Source: Candidatus Woesearchaeota archaeon
GTDB lineage: Archaea > Nanobdellota > Nanobdellia > Woesearchaeales > UBA10216
Length of the DNA: 64,000 nt
Reading direction: 5' to 3'
NCBI GenBank assembly: GCA_016192945.1
Contig: JACPTE010000024.1
Location: forward strand, 16,001 to 80,000
In this document: positions 49,921 through 57,829 of the stretch, in pieces
How the letters are laid out: each line of letters opens with the position of its first letter
How positions within the stretch are numbered: the first letter of the stretch is position 1
Made by a program: the position numbers and the translations under genes
Notes under the pieces: model-generated
Databases searched by the model: none
The model's input: the letters and a program-made list of their open reading frames with translations, nothing else
Told to the model about the DNA's origin: nothing

Positions 49921-50161
49921 TAGTTTTAGTGAAATAGTATGTAGATATCCACAACATTGTTAATCTGCCTTAAATTAATTCCCTGAAGCACGAATCTGTA
50001 AAGGTTTTCAACAGAAGACCTGTGCTCTTTCGGCTTCGCTCCAAAAGCAGAATAGGCTTTTCTCCACGAATTTATTTTCGGGTGTTCTGATATGAGGGGA
50101 TTATTATGGGTTTCCCTGGCTTTTTTCTGTTCTGTTAACAGCTCTTGATAAATTTCTTCAT
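49921..50161 (-). pseudogene. Truncated, frameshifted stand-alone B3/4 (PheRS-beta-like tRNA editing) gene remnant
   Basis: Manual translation: EEIYQELLTEQKKARETHNNPLISEHPKINSWRKAYSAFGAKPKEHRSSVENLYRFVLQGINLRQINNVVDIY, then (N)TISLK after restoring one base. No in-frame start. Confidence 0.8.
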
Positions 50162-51042
50162 TTTTCCTCCAGCAATTTCAGCATTATAGCCTTCTGCACA
50201 TGAAGCCTGTTCTCAGCCTGCTCAAAAACAATCGAGTTCTGGCTGTCTATCACTTCATCAGTTATCTCGAAGCCCCTATGGGCGGGGAGACAATGCATTA
50301 TCAAGGCATTCTCCGGAACAAGCCCCCTGTTCAGCTGATAAGGAGAAAAAACATTGTGCCTTTTCTCAGCTTCCTTTTCCTGGCCAAGAGAAACCCAGGT
50401 GTCTGTATAAACAATATCTGCCCCTTCAACAGCTTCCTTTGGATTGTTTGTGAAACTCAGAAGGCCTGTTTTTTTTGCAGATTCCATTATTCCCATATTT
50501 GGCTCATAGCCCTTTGGCGTTGCAACAGCAATCCTTATGCCTGTTTTTGTGCAGGCAGCGATAAGCGAATTGCAGACATTGTTGCCATCTCCGATAAATG
50601 CCAGCTTTGATTTGAGGCCTTTCTTTTCCTTGATAGTCATTACATCAGCCAATGCCTGGCATGGGTGCTCAAAGTCAGAAAGCCCGTTTATAACAGGAAC
50701 ACCTGCAACCTTGGCCATCTTTTCTACATCGCTATGTGAATAGACACGAACCATTATTATATCTGCATATCCTCCTATGCATTTTACCTCATCAAAAATA
50801 TTGCCAACTGCAAAGTTGCTGTCCTTCCAGTCAAGGAATGCGGCATGACCTCCAAGTTGTGTCATCCCAATTTCAAATGAAATCCTTGTCCTTGTTGAGG
50901 TTTTCTGGAAAATCATCACAAGGCTTTTGCCTTTCAAGGCTCCAGAATAATTCTCAGGACTCTTTTTGAGCTTTTCAGCTAATGAAATGATTTCATTTAC
51001 CTCTTTATTATCCAAATCCTTGATTGCAAGCAGATGATTCAT
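50158..51042 (-). CDS. argF: Ornithine carbamoyltransferase
   Basis: FQKTSTRTRISFE, NGLSDFEHPCQ, YTDTWVSLG, MHCLPAHRG, AENRLH. Confidence 0.97.
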   Translation of the reverse strand: MNHLLAIKDLDNKEVNEIISLAEKLKKSPENYSGALKGKSLVMIFQKTSTRTRISFEIGMTQLGGHAAFLDWKDSNFAVGNIFDEVKCIGGYADIIMVRVYSHSDVEKMAKVAGVPVINGLSDFEHPCQALADVMTIKEKKGLKSKLAFIGDGNNVCNSLIAACTKTGIRIAVATPKGYEPNMGIMESAKKTGLLSFTNNPKEAVEGADIVYTDTWVSLGQEKEAEKRHNVFSPYQLNRGLVPENALIMHCLPAHRGFEITDEVIDSQNSIVFEQAENRLHVQKAIMLKLLEEK

Positions 51043-51051
51043 TTTTCCTGT

Positions 51052-51531
51052 TCAATTGTTTTCAATACTGCAAGATATTAGTTCAGTTTTACAGTTTGGA
51101 TAGCGCGAGCATTTAATGTCATGTGCAAGCATCATTACGTTTTCGGGTATGCTTTCCCTGTCAACAACCTCAAGCTTCAACTTCTTGAAAAACCCTGGCT
51201 TTTCAGTGAATGCTATAAGTTTCTGTACTCCCATTTCCTTTGCTTCCTGCATTGCCATCTCTACCAGCCTTGTCCCTATGCCTTTACCCTGATGCTTCTC
51301 TTTCACCGCCAGACTCCTGAGTTCAGCATAGCCATCCAGAACTATATGCAGGGCTATGCATCCCACAATTTCTCTCCCTATCTTGGCTATGAAGTATTCC
51401 CTTATGCTGCTATACACTTCGCTGAAAGGCTTTGGGGAAACTCCCTTGCCTGTAAAGCTGTTTATAAGGAAATTTATCTCCCCTGCATTGGATAGCTTCG
51501 CTTTTCCAAAAGTCACTTCAGGATTTTCCAT
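51052..51531 (-). CDS. GNAT acetyltransferase, short ArgA-like (paralog 2)
   Basis: YSSIREYFIA, VGCIAL, YAELRSLAV..KHQGKGIGTRLV; start moved to ATG 51531. Confidence 0.85.
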   Translation of the reverse strand: MENPEVTFGKAKLSNAGEINFLINSFTGKGVSPKPFSEVYSSIREYFIAKIGREIVGCIALHIVLDGYAELRSLAVKEKHQGKGIGTRLVEMAMQEAKEMGVQKLIAFTEKPGFFKKLKLEVVDRESIPENVMMLAHDIKCSRYPNCKTELISCSIENN

Positions 51532-51554
51532 GGAAGGTAGTAAAGTTAGCTTTC

Positions 51555-51611
51555 TTATAAGGTTATTGACCAAAACCAGACTAATTAGACATAAATGTCC
51601 TAAATAAGACA
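51555..51611 (-). promoter_or_regulatory. Arginine-cluster promoter/operator element, copy 2 (GNAT-argF)
   Basis: Aligns without gaps to copy 1 (47/57 identical by hand count); distal palindrome TGTCCTAAATAAGACA 51596-51611. Confidence 0.85.
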
Positions 51612-51634
51612 AAACCTATTCTCCCTTCTTTGCT

Positions 51635-52810
51635 TTAGCTCCTGTAGCTTGCATTTATGCCAATGTACTTTTCTGTGAGGTCGCAGGTATATGCCGTGTG
51701 CTCTCCGTTTCCCTGTCCCATAACCGCTTTTATTTCTATGGATTTGTGTTTTAGATAATTCTCAGCATTGTTTTCATTGAATTTAAGGGGGTTGCCATTT
51801 TTGAAAACACATATTTTTCCCAGGAATATGGAAATTCCTTTTTCATTGGCACCTGATCCGCTTGCTCCTATGGCCGCAATTATACGCCCCCAATTGGCAT
51901 CATTGCCGTAAATGGCTGTCTTGACCAGATTTGAGTTTGCTATCCTCATTGAAATCTTCTTGGCTGCAATGCCACTTTTTGCCCCTGCAACCTTTACTGT
52001 TATCAGCTTTGTAGAGCCTTCCCCGTCTGCTACGATTTTTTTTGCAAGTGCCAGGCAAACATTTCCCAGTGCCAAAGAGAAGTTTTTTGCTTCTCTCATT
52101 GCCTTTAGCTCCTTATTTCCTGCCTCTCCACTGGACATTATGGCAGCACAGTCATTTGTGCTCATATCCCCATCAACGGTAATTGAGTTAAAAGTCGCAT
52201 CGCAGCAGCTTTTCCATAATTTCTCAAGCAATGCCTGGCTTATCGCCGCATCGGTAATGACGATTGCCAGCATTGTTGCCATATTGGGCGCAATCATGCC
52301 GCTTCCCTTTGCAATGCCTGCTATGGTGACTTTCTTTTTTGAAATCCAAATCTTTTTTAAGACAATCTTTTTCCTGGTGTCGGTGGTCATTATCGCTTCT
52401 GCAGCATTTCGAAGCCCTGCACTGCCTAGCTCAAAAACGGCTTTTTTAACTCCCCTTTTTATCAGCTGGACAGGAAGCCTTTTACCTATTATTCCTGTTG
52501 ACATGACCAAAATTTCATTCAGGCCTGTTTTAAGCTCTTTTGCAGCATGAGCTTGAATAGCCAGGGCATCTTTCAGTCCTTGTTTTCCTGTGCAGGCGTT
52601 TGCAACCCCGCTGTTTACTATGATTGCTTTTTTCTTTTTTTCCCTCATGGCTCTGATTGAAATTTTTACCGGGGCTGCTTTTATTTTGTTTGTAGTAAAT
52701 AGCACTGATGTTTTACATGGATTTTCTGAATAGATTATTGCAAAATCTTTTTTCCGGTTTTTCTTTATTCCGCAGCCGACTCCGGCAGCCAGGAATCCCT
52801 TGGGCATCAT
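51635..52810 (-). CDS. argJ: Ornithine acetyltransferase
   Basis: PKGF, NSGVANACTG, STGIIG, KGSGMIAPNMATML, DGDMSTND, DGEG.TK, DANWGRI. Confidence 0.96.
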   Translation of the reverse strand: MMPKGFLAAGVGCGIKKNRKKDFAIIYSENPCKTSVLFTTNKIKAAPVKISIRAMREKKKKAIIVNSGVANACTGKQGLKDALAIQAHAAKELKTGLNEILVMSTGIIGKRLPVQLIKRGVKKAVFELGSAGLRNAAEAIMTTDTRKKIVLKKIWISKKKVTIAGIAKGSGMIAPNMATMLAIVITDAAISQALLEKLWKSCCDATFNSITVDGDMSTNDCAAIMSSGEAGNKELKAMREAKNFSLALGNVCLALAKKIVADGEGSTKLITVKVAGAKSGIAAKKISMRIANSNLVKTAIYGNDANWGRIIAAIGASGSGANEKGISIFLGKICVFKNGNPLKFNENNAENYLKHKSIEIKAVMGQGNGEHTAYTCDLTEKYIGINASYRS

Positions 52811-53727
52811 AGTAGTCCCTCGCTTTCTTTTATTCCGAACATAATATTCATGTTCTGGACGGCCTGTCCACTTGCTCCTTTTAACAGGTTATCAAGTGCC
52901 GATATTATCACTATCCTGTTGTTGTGGTCTGCTTCAAAGCCCCCTATGATGCAATAATTGGTGTTTCGGGCATCATGGAGGGTGGGTAGCCTGTCAACAA
53001 CCTTGACGAATTGTTCCTTCTCATAATGCTTTATGAATTCCGTCTTAACATCCCCGGCATCAACAGCCTCGTTCATTATGAAGTGCGAAGTGCAGAGTAT
53101 TCCCCTGAATAATGGAAGCACATGGGGTGTGAATGAAACTTTTTTCCCTAACGCTTTTTCAATCTCTTTTATGTGCTCGTGATTTGTGAGCTGATAGGGC
53201 ATGACATTTTCCTTCAGGTTTTCAGGTGAATTTCTTTGGCTCGGCGTTTTTCCTGCTCCGCTATATCCTGACTTGCAGTCAAATATGATGTTTTTGAGGT
53301 TATTGTTGCCCAGCATCGGCAGAGCAGAAAGTATTGCGGCTGTCGCGTAACAGCCCGGATTTGCTACAAATCTGGTCCTGCTTATTTTCTCACGGTTGAG
53401 TTCAGGAAGTCCATAAACAGCTTCGCTGCCCAAGCGGTAATCTGGGCTTAAGTCAATTATACGCGCCGTTACTTTCGGAACAATTTTCTTTGCCATTCCC
53501 TCCCGTACTGCGAGGAACACTATGTCAGCGATTTTATTTATTTTATCCATGCCGTAGTTTGTGAATGAAATATCACAGTCATATTCGGGATATATATCAC
53601 TGACTTTTTTCCCGTATTTGCTTTCTGAGTTGGCAGCCACTATCTCTACTTTATTGTGTCTGCTCAGTATTTTTATAAGTTCAAATCCTGTATAGCCTGA
53701 CGCGCCTATTATTGCAGCTTTAATCAT
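52807..53727 (-). CDS. argC: N-acetyl-gamma-glutamyl-phosphate reductase
   Basis: GASGYTG, YGLPE, ANPGCY, SGYSGAG, DNLLKGASGQAVQN. Confidence 0.96.
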   Translation of the reverse strand: MIKAAIIGASGYTGFELIKILSRHNKVEIVAANSESKYGKKVSDIYPEYDCDISFTNYGMDKINKIADIVFLAVREGMAKKIVPKVTARIIDLSPDYRLGSEAVYGLPELNREKISRTRFVANPGCYATAAILSALPMLGNNNLKNIIFDCKSGYSGAGKTPSQRNSPENLKENVMPYQLTNHEHIKEIEKALGKKVSFTPHVLPLFRGILCTSHFIMNEAVDAGDVKTEFIKHYEKEQFVKVVDRLPTLHDARNTNYCIIGGFEADHNNRIVIISALDNLLKGASGQAVQNMNIMFGIKESEGLL

Positions 53728-54881
53728 TTTAGCACTCCATGCAGGATATCCATTCCTTCAAGAATTTCCGCCTCTGTTATTGTGAGTGATGGAAGCATTC
53801 TCAGCGTTTTCTCAGTGCATTTGTTTATCAAAAGTCCTTTCTTGATGCATTTTTCAGCAACATTTTCGGCATCAACAATGATGTCCATTCCAGCCATAAG
53901 ACCTTTTCCCCTAAACTGGGAGATCAAATCACTCTTGGATTTTAGTTCTGCAAGATTTTTTAGGATGATCGCTCCTTTGTTGTTTGCTTTTTCCACCAGC
54001 CCGTTTTTTTCCATATACGCTATTGTAGCCAAGGCTGCTGTGCATGCAAGCGGATTTCCTCCAAAAGTGCTTCCGTGGTCTCCTTTGCCGAATGAGTCAG
54101 CGATTTCTTCTGCAGCGATTGTCACGCCTATGGGCACGCCATTGGCCAGGCCTTTTGCAGAAGTGACTATGTCTGGCTTTATCTTGCTGTGCTGATAGCA
54201 AAAGTACTTGCCTGTCCTTCCATTTCCAGTCTGCACCTCATCAGCTATAAGGAGAATTCCTTTTTCGTCACAAATTTCTCTTACAGCCTTAAGGTATGAA
54301 TTATGCGGCACTATGACTCCAGCTTCACCCTGTATTGGCTCTACAATGAATGCCGCTGTATCTTCGGTAACTGCTTTACGCAGAGCTTCCGAATCATTAT
54401 ATGGTATGTGCATGAACCCGGGAACCAAAGGCTTAAACGGCTCAGTGTATTTGGCTTTTGAAGTGGCTGACAATGCACCAAATGTGCGCCCGTGAAATCC
54501 GCCATCGGCTGCTATTATGCCTGGCTTTCCTGTGTGCTTTCTTGCAAGCTTTATTGCTGTTTCATTCGCCTCTGCTCCTGAATTGGAGAAGAAACTCTTA
54601 TCAAGGCTTGAAAGCAGGGCTAGCTTCTGGGAGAGCTTTATTTGAGGTTCTGTGTAGTACAAGTTTGTTGTAGTAATTATTTTTCGGATTTGCTCAATAA
54701 TAGCGGAATTGACTTCTTCATTGCAATACCCAACGCTGCAGGTTCCTAGAGCTCCTGCAAGGTCAAGGTAGCTGTTTCCATCAATGTCTAATGCGCGGCA
54801 TCCTATACCTCGCTCTATTAGAAGGCTTATCCTATTATATGTCTGCATCAGACTTTTATTTGATTTTTGCAAATAAGTCAT
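53724..54881 (-). CDS. argD: Acetylornithine aminotransferase
   Basis: NSGAEANE, FHGRT, EPIQGEAG, DEVQTG.GRTG, AKGL, HGSTFGGNPL. Confidence 0.93.
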   Translation of the reverse strand: MTYLQKSNKSLMQTYNRISLLIERGIGCRALDIDGNSYLDLAGALGTCSVGYCNEEVNSAIIEQIRKIITTTNLYYTEPQIKLSQKLALLSSLDKSFFSNSGAEANETAIKLARKHTGKPGIIAADGGFHGRTFGALSATSKAKYTEPFKPLVPGFMHIPYNDSEALRKAVTEDTAAFIVEPIQGEAGVIVPHNSYLKAVREICDEKGILLIADEVQTGNGRTGKYFCYQHSKIKPDIVTSAKGLANGVPIGVTIAAEEIADSFGKGDHGSTFGGNPLACTAALATIAYMEKNGLVEKANNKGAIILKNLAELKSKSDLISQFRGKGLMAGMDIIVDAENVAEKCIKKGLLINKCTEKTLRMLPSLTITEAEILEGMDILHGVLK

Positions 54882-54903
54882 GTTTCACCGTAAAATTCTA
54901 ATA

Positions 54904-55734
54904 TCATAGCCTGCTGGCAGGTAAAAAGGCAGTTCTTCTGGTGGTGTGGTTCTTTATGACTATTGTCCCACATACTGATTGGTCAGTAAGGCTTTGCAGC
55001 ATTCCAGACGGGTCAACTATGAAAACGGACGGAGCCCTGTCCATCTTGCTTAGCATTTCAATAATCACTTTAACTTTCAGAAGCATGCCGCCATTCAGTG
55101 CATTTTTTTTGACTAGTTCAGGATAGCCCGATTCTGGGTACAGCTTTTCAATCAGGTTTCCTTCAGCATCCCTGACTCCTCCTTGCTCAGTCACCAGTAT
55201 GAATTTTTTTGGATTAAGCGCCTTCACAAGCTCCTTTGATGCCACGTCTGCATTGATATTGAATTGCTGTCCTGACTTATCAATGCCAATTGGGCAGATT
55301 ACCGGCAATTTTCCATCAATTAATGCGGTTTTTATTGCCTCCAGGTTTACTTTCTTGACATGCCCAACAAATCCGAGGTCCTTGCCATTTATTTTCCAAT
55401 GCTTTGTGCATTCGAAAATATCATATAACACTGTGACGTTCCCGCCTTTTTTCGCTACTTCTTCAGCCAATAAAATGCAGCTCTTTTTGAGCTGTTCAAT
55501 CACTATGCGCAGTTGTTTTTTCCCAGTTACCCTAAGACCCTGTACCTTCTTTGAACTCAGATTTTTCTTTTTCAGCTTTTCATCAATCTGAGGCCCGGCT
55601 CCGCATACTACTATTGAACATAGCCCAAGGCTCTGCGCATAGCTTAAGGCTTCGCCTAGCTCTTGAAGCTGGTTGATTATAACCTTCCCTCCAATCTTTA
55701 TCAATGCAAGTTCCGGATTATTCGAGTCGTTCAT
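54904..55734 (-). CDS. argB: Acetylglutamate kinase
   Basis: IKIGG, GAGPQI, GLRVT, LGFVG, NINAD, GGMLLK; start set at ATG 55734. Confidence 0.92.
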   Translation of the reverse strand: MNDSNNPELALIKIGGKVIINQLQELGEALSYAQSLGLCSIVVCGAGPQIDEKLKKKNLSSKKVQGLRVTGKKQLRIVIEQLKKSCILLAEEVAKKGGNVTVLYDIFECTKHWKINGKDLGFVGHVKKVNLEAIKTALIDGKLPVICPIGIDKSGQQFNINADVASKELVKALNPKKFILVTEQGGVRDAEGNLIEKLYPESGYPELVKKNALNGGMLLKVKVIIEMLSKMDRAPSVFIVDPSGMLQSLTDQSVCGTIVIKNHTTRRTAFLPASRL

Positions 55735-55775
55735 TGTCAAGCTGGTTGTTGATTGAAGTATTATTCTGACATCGC

Positions 55776-55832
55776 TTATAATCCTATTGACCAAAACAGG
55801 ACAAAATAAACAAAAATGTCCAAAACAAAACA
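55776..55832 (-). promoter_or_regulatory. Arginine-cluster promoter/operator element, copy 3 (argB-argD-argC-argJ)
   Basis: Gap-free match to copy 1 (45/57 by hand count); shares the invariant TATTGACCAAAAC; lies in the divergent argB/regulator spacer. Confidence 0.82.
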
Positions 55833-55906
55833 TTTTAATAGTTAATAGTTAATCGTTTGTAGTTTGCAGTATGAACTACTAACTACTTACCACTTACCTA
55901 TTTAGG

Positions 55907-56530
55907 ATGAACATCACAAAGGCTGTTGAAAAGCATGTTTCAGGAAGGCCAAGCATCAAGGACTGCCTCAAGAGGAAGCTGATAAACTACTCTGCGCTCT
56001 CAAGGCAGATTGGCTCGGAGCTTGGAATAAGCAATTTCGATGCAATCCTTATAGCCTGCAGGAGATATGCTGAAAAGCTCAAGTCAGAGGAGGTTCTGGA
56101 AAAAAGAATCATAGACATCCTGAAGAAAAGCAGGATAGGTGTCAAGAACAGGATTGTTGCTGTTGTGATTGAAAAAACGATATATTATAACAGCCTTCTG
56201 GAATTGGAGAAGGAGATAAGGAAAAAAGATGAAACTCTCCATATCATGGAAGGGGCAAATGCGATTACTCTTGTAACAAGCTCGGACTACACTGATAATA
56301 TAAGGAAGCTGTTCAAGGGTCAGATAATAAAGATAAGCAAGGACCTCGCTGAAATAAATGTGAAGAGCCCAAGGGAACTGGAGAATACGCCTGGAGTCCT
56401 CTCACAGATGTGCTCCCTTTTTGCTGAGCGGGGGATAAACATTGTTGAAAGCATGAGCTGCTGGACTGACACGCTGTTCGTAATAAATGAAAGCGACATC
56501 GCAAAAGTGATGGATGCATTGAAGTTCTGA
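55907..56530 (+). CDS. HTH + ACT-domain protein, predicted amino-acid-responsive regulator
   Basis: N-terminal LINYSALSRQI...AILIACRRY HTH-like region; C-terminal TPGVLSQMCSLFAERGINIVESMSCWTDTLFVI ACT motif. Confidence 0.8.
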   Translation: MNITKAVEKHVSGRPSIKDCLKRKLINYSALSRQIGSELGISNFDAILIACRRYAEKLKSEEVLEKRIIDILKKSRIGVKNRIVAVVIEKTIYYNSLLELEKEIRKKDETLHIMEGANAITLVTSSDYTDNIRKLFKGQIIKISKDLAEINVKSPRELENTPGVLSQMCSLFAERGINIVESMSCWTDTLFVINESDIAKVMDALKF

Positions 56531-56537
56531 TTGAGAG

Positions 56538-56999
56538 TCAGTATTTTATGACATAGTCTATTTCATCAAGGTTTATAACGATTCCTGTGCATCCTGAAAT
56601 GCAGCTTTTTTTCAGGCTTTCAGGAAGCTCATTATCCTTTGCCACTCTGAACTTGAATTTCCTGAAGAAATCAGGGCTTTTTGTAAAGCCAACTGCATGC
56701 CTTGCATCAAGGAGCTTTGCCTCGTACAGGGCAAGCTCAACGAGCCTTGTCCCTATTCCCTTTCCTCGGAATCCCTGGTTGACAGCAAGGCTGCGGAGCT
56801 CTGCATAATCAGAGTCAATTATGTCAACTGCTATAACGCCAACTATCCTGCCGCTGTCCTTCGCAACAAAGAAGCTCCTTATTTCATGCAGGATGTCATC
56901 AATGCTTCTGGAGAGTATGCGTGCATTGTCAATCAGCAGCTTGATTTCTGCAGCATCAGAAACGCGGGCCTTGCAATAGACTATGTTCGGGCTTGGCAT
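56538..56999 (-). CDS. GNAT acetyltransferase, short ArgA-like (paralog 3)
   Basis: IRSFFVA, YAELRSLAV..FRGKGIGTRLVE; closely similar to paralog 2. Confidence 0.85.
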   Translation of the reverse strand: MPSPNIVYCKARVSDAAEIKLLIDNARILSRSIDDILHEIRSFFVAKDSGRIVGVIAVDIIDSDYAELRSLAVNQGFRGKGIGTRLVELALYEAKLLDARHAVGFTKSPDFFRKFKFRVAKDNELPESLKKSCISGCTGIVINLDEIDYVIKY

Positions 57000-57175
57000 G
57001 GATTAAGGAGAGTTCAATTTATTAATAAAATTAGTGGAATTCTGTTGTTTGAATAAAAAATCCCCATCAAAGCACACAAGTTGGCTTGCCAATCGAGCAA
57101 TCACAAAATTTATATATTCCCATCACGATATTTATAGAGTTTTTACAACTTTAAAATAGTATAGGAGGGATATCC

Positions 57176-57457
57176 ATGCTTAAGACAAAAAGGATGACAG
57201 AGTCATACGATATGAAGGTATTCACTGATTCGGGGGAGTATTTTGGCGATGTGGAAGAGGCCATTATGACCCCGACAAAAGTGGTTGGATGGCGCGTGAA
57301 GGCAACCAAGAACTCTTTTTTGACCAAGATTCTTGGAGGGGGGGCAAAGGGAGTTATTATTCCCCACCAGCACGTAAAGTCTGTGGGGGACGTTATGATA
57401 ATAAGCAAGCTGGCAGTCCCTGCATACAGCAAGGAAAGCGACGAAGATGAAAAGTAA
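57176..57457 (+). CDS. Archaeal PRC-barrel protein (CdpB-like)
   Basis: MKVFTDSGEYFGDVEE...VIIPHQHVKSVGDVMII; GGAGG SD. Confidence 0.82.
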   Translation: MLKTKRMTESYDMKVFTDSGEYFGDVEEAIMTPTKVVGWRVKATKNSFLTKILGGGAKGVIIPHQHVKSVGDVMIISKLAVPAYSKESDEDEK

Positions 57458-57500
57458 AAAAAATGGCCATAAATGGCCTGGTTTATTGCGCAATTCAAAA

Positions 57501-57567
57501 GAAATCCTACACCCCCGGTCAAAGACCTGGTGATTGCTCGCTCCCTTCTGTCGCTCGGTCGGATTTC
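57501..57567. repeat. Branched palindromic intergenic element (REP-like)
   Basis: GAAATCC/GGATTTC closing stem enclosing a GGTC-AAA-GACC hairpin and GCTCGCTCCCTTCTGTCGCTCG. Confidence 0.4.
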
Positions 57568-57740
57568 TAAGAATAAAAATATTCCCGATGAATGTACAGA
57601 GAAGATTTACCACCAGTTAGAAACTGGTGGAATATTTTTATTTAATAGTTTAATCAGCTCAACTCTAACCTCTCTATATATCTGGCGGCAATTTCTTGTA
57701 CCAAAACACTTTTATTTCAGGAATCCTGCCCAAAATTCAT

Positions 57741-57827
57741 ACGGTAGTGGTCTAACGGCATGACAGGAGCTTCCCAAGGCTAAGCTGGAGTCAGCTTCTA
57801 GTCCGGGTTCAATTCCCGGCTACCGTA
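57741..57827 (+). tRNA. tRNA-Gly(CCC) with 16-nt canonical intron (57777-57792)
   Basis: Acceptor ACGGTAG/CTACCGT; anticodon stem GGAGC/GCTTC; CCC at 57773-57775; T arm CCGGG-TTCAATT-CCCGG; BHB with bulges CAA and TCA around a TTCC/GGAG helix; CCA not encoded. Confidence 0.93.
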
Positions 57828-57829
57828 TT

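Noticed and set aside
50013-50063. Apparent hairpin with a GCGAAGC mini-loop downstream of argF
   Set aside because: It lies within the B3/4 coding remnant (AFGAKPK codons) and pairing is imperfect.
49827-55833. Shared N-terminal peptide (MSYL..LCLI.PVLVN) on the GNAT1, GNAT2 and ArgB ORF calls, suggesting a targeting or leader peptide
   Set aside because: The conservation is better explained at DNA level (TATA plus palindromes). The 29-nt TATA-ATG spacing fixes the frame in two copies, and these codons lie upstream of the predicted TSS. N-terminal proteomics would settle it.
55837-55899. Short tandem heptamer-like repeats (AATAGTT x2; AACTACT/TACCACT) upstream of the regulator
   Set aside because: Too short and degenerate for a CRISPR or iteron array; no spacers; may be low-complexity sequence.
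918-56808. Many plus-strand ORFs of 60-250 aa antisense to the metabolic genes
   Set aside because: Antisense shadows of well-conserved genes; no motifs, SD sites or promoters.
57473-57763. 96-aa ORF running into the tRNA
   Set aside because: Overlaps the palindromic element, the tRNA promoter region and the tRNA; no recognisable protein features.
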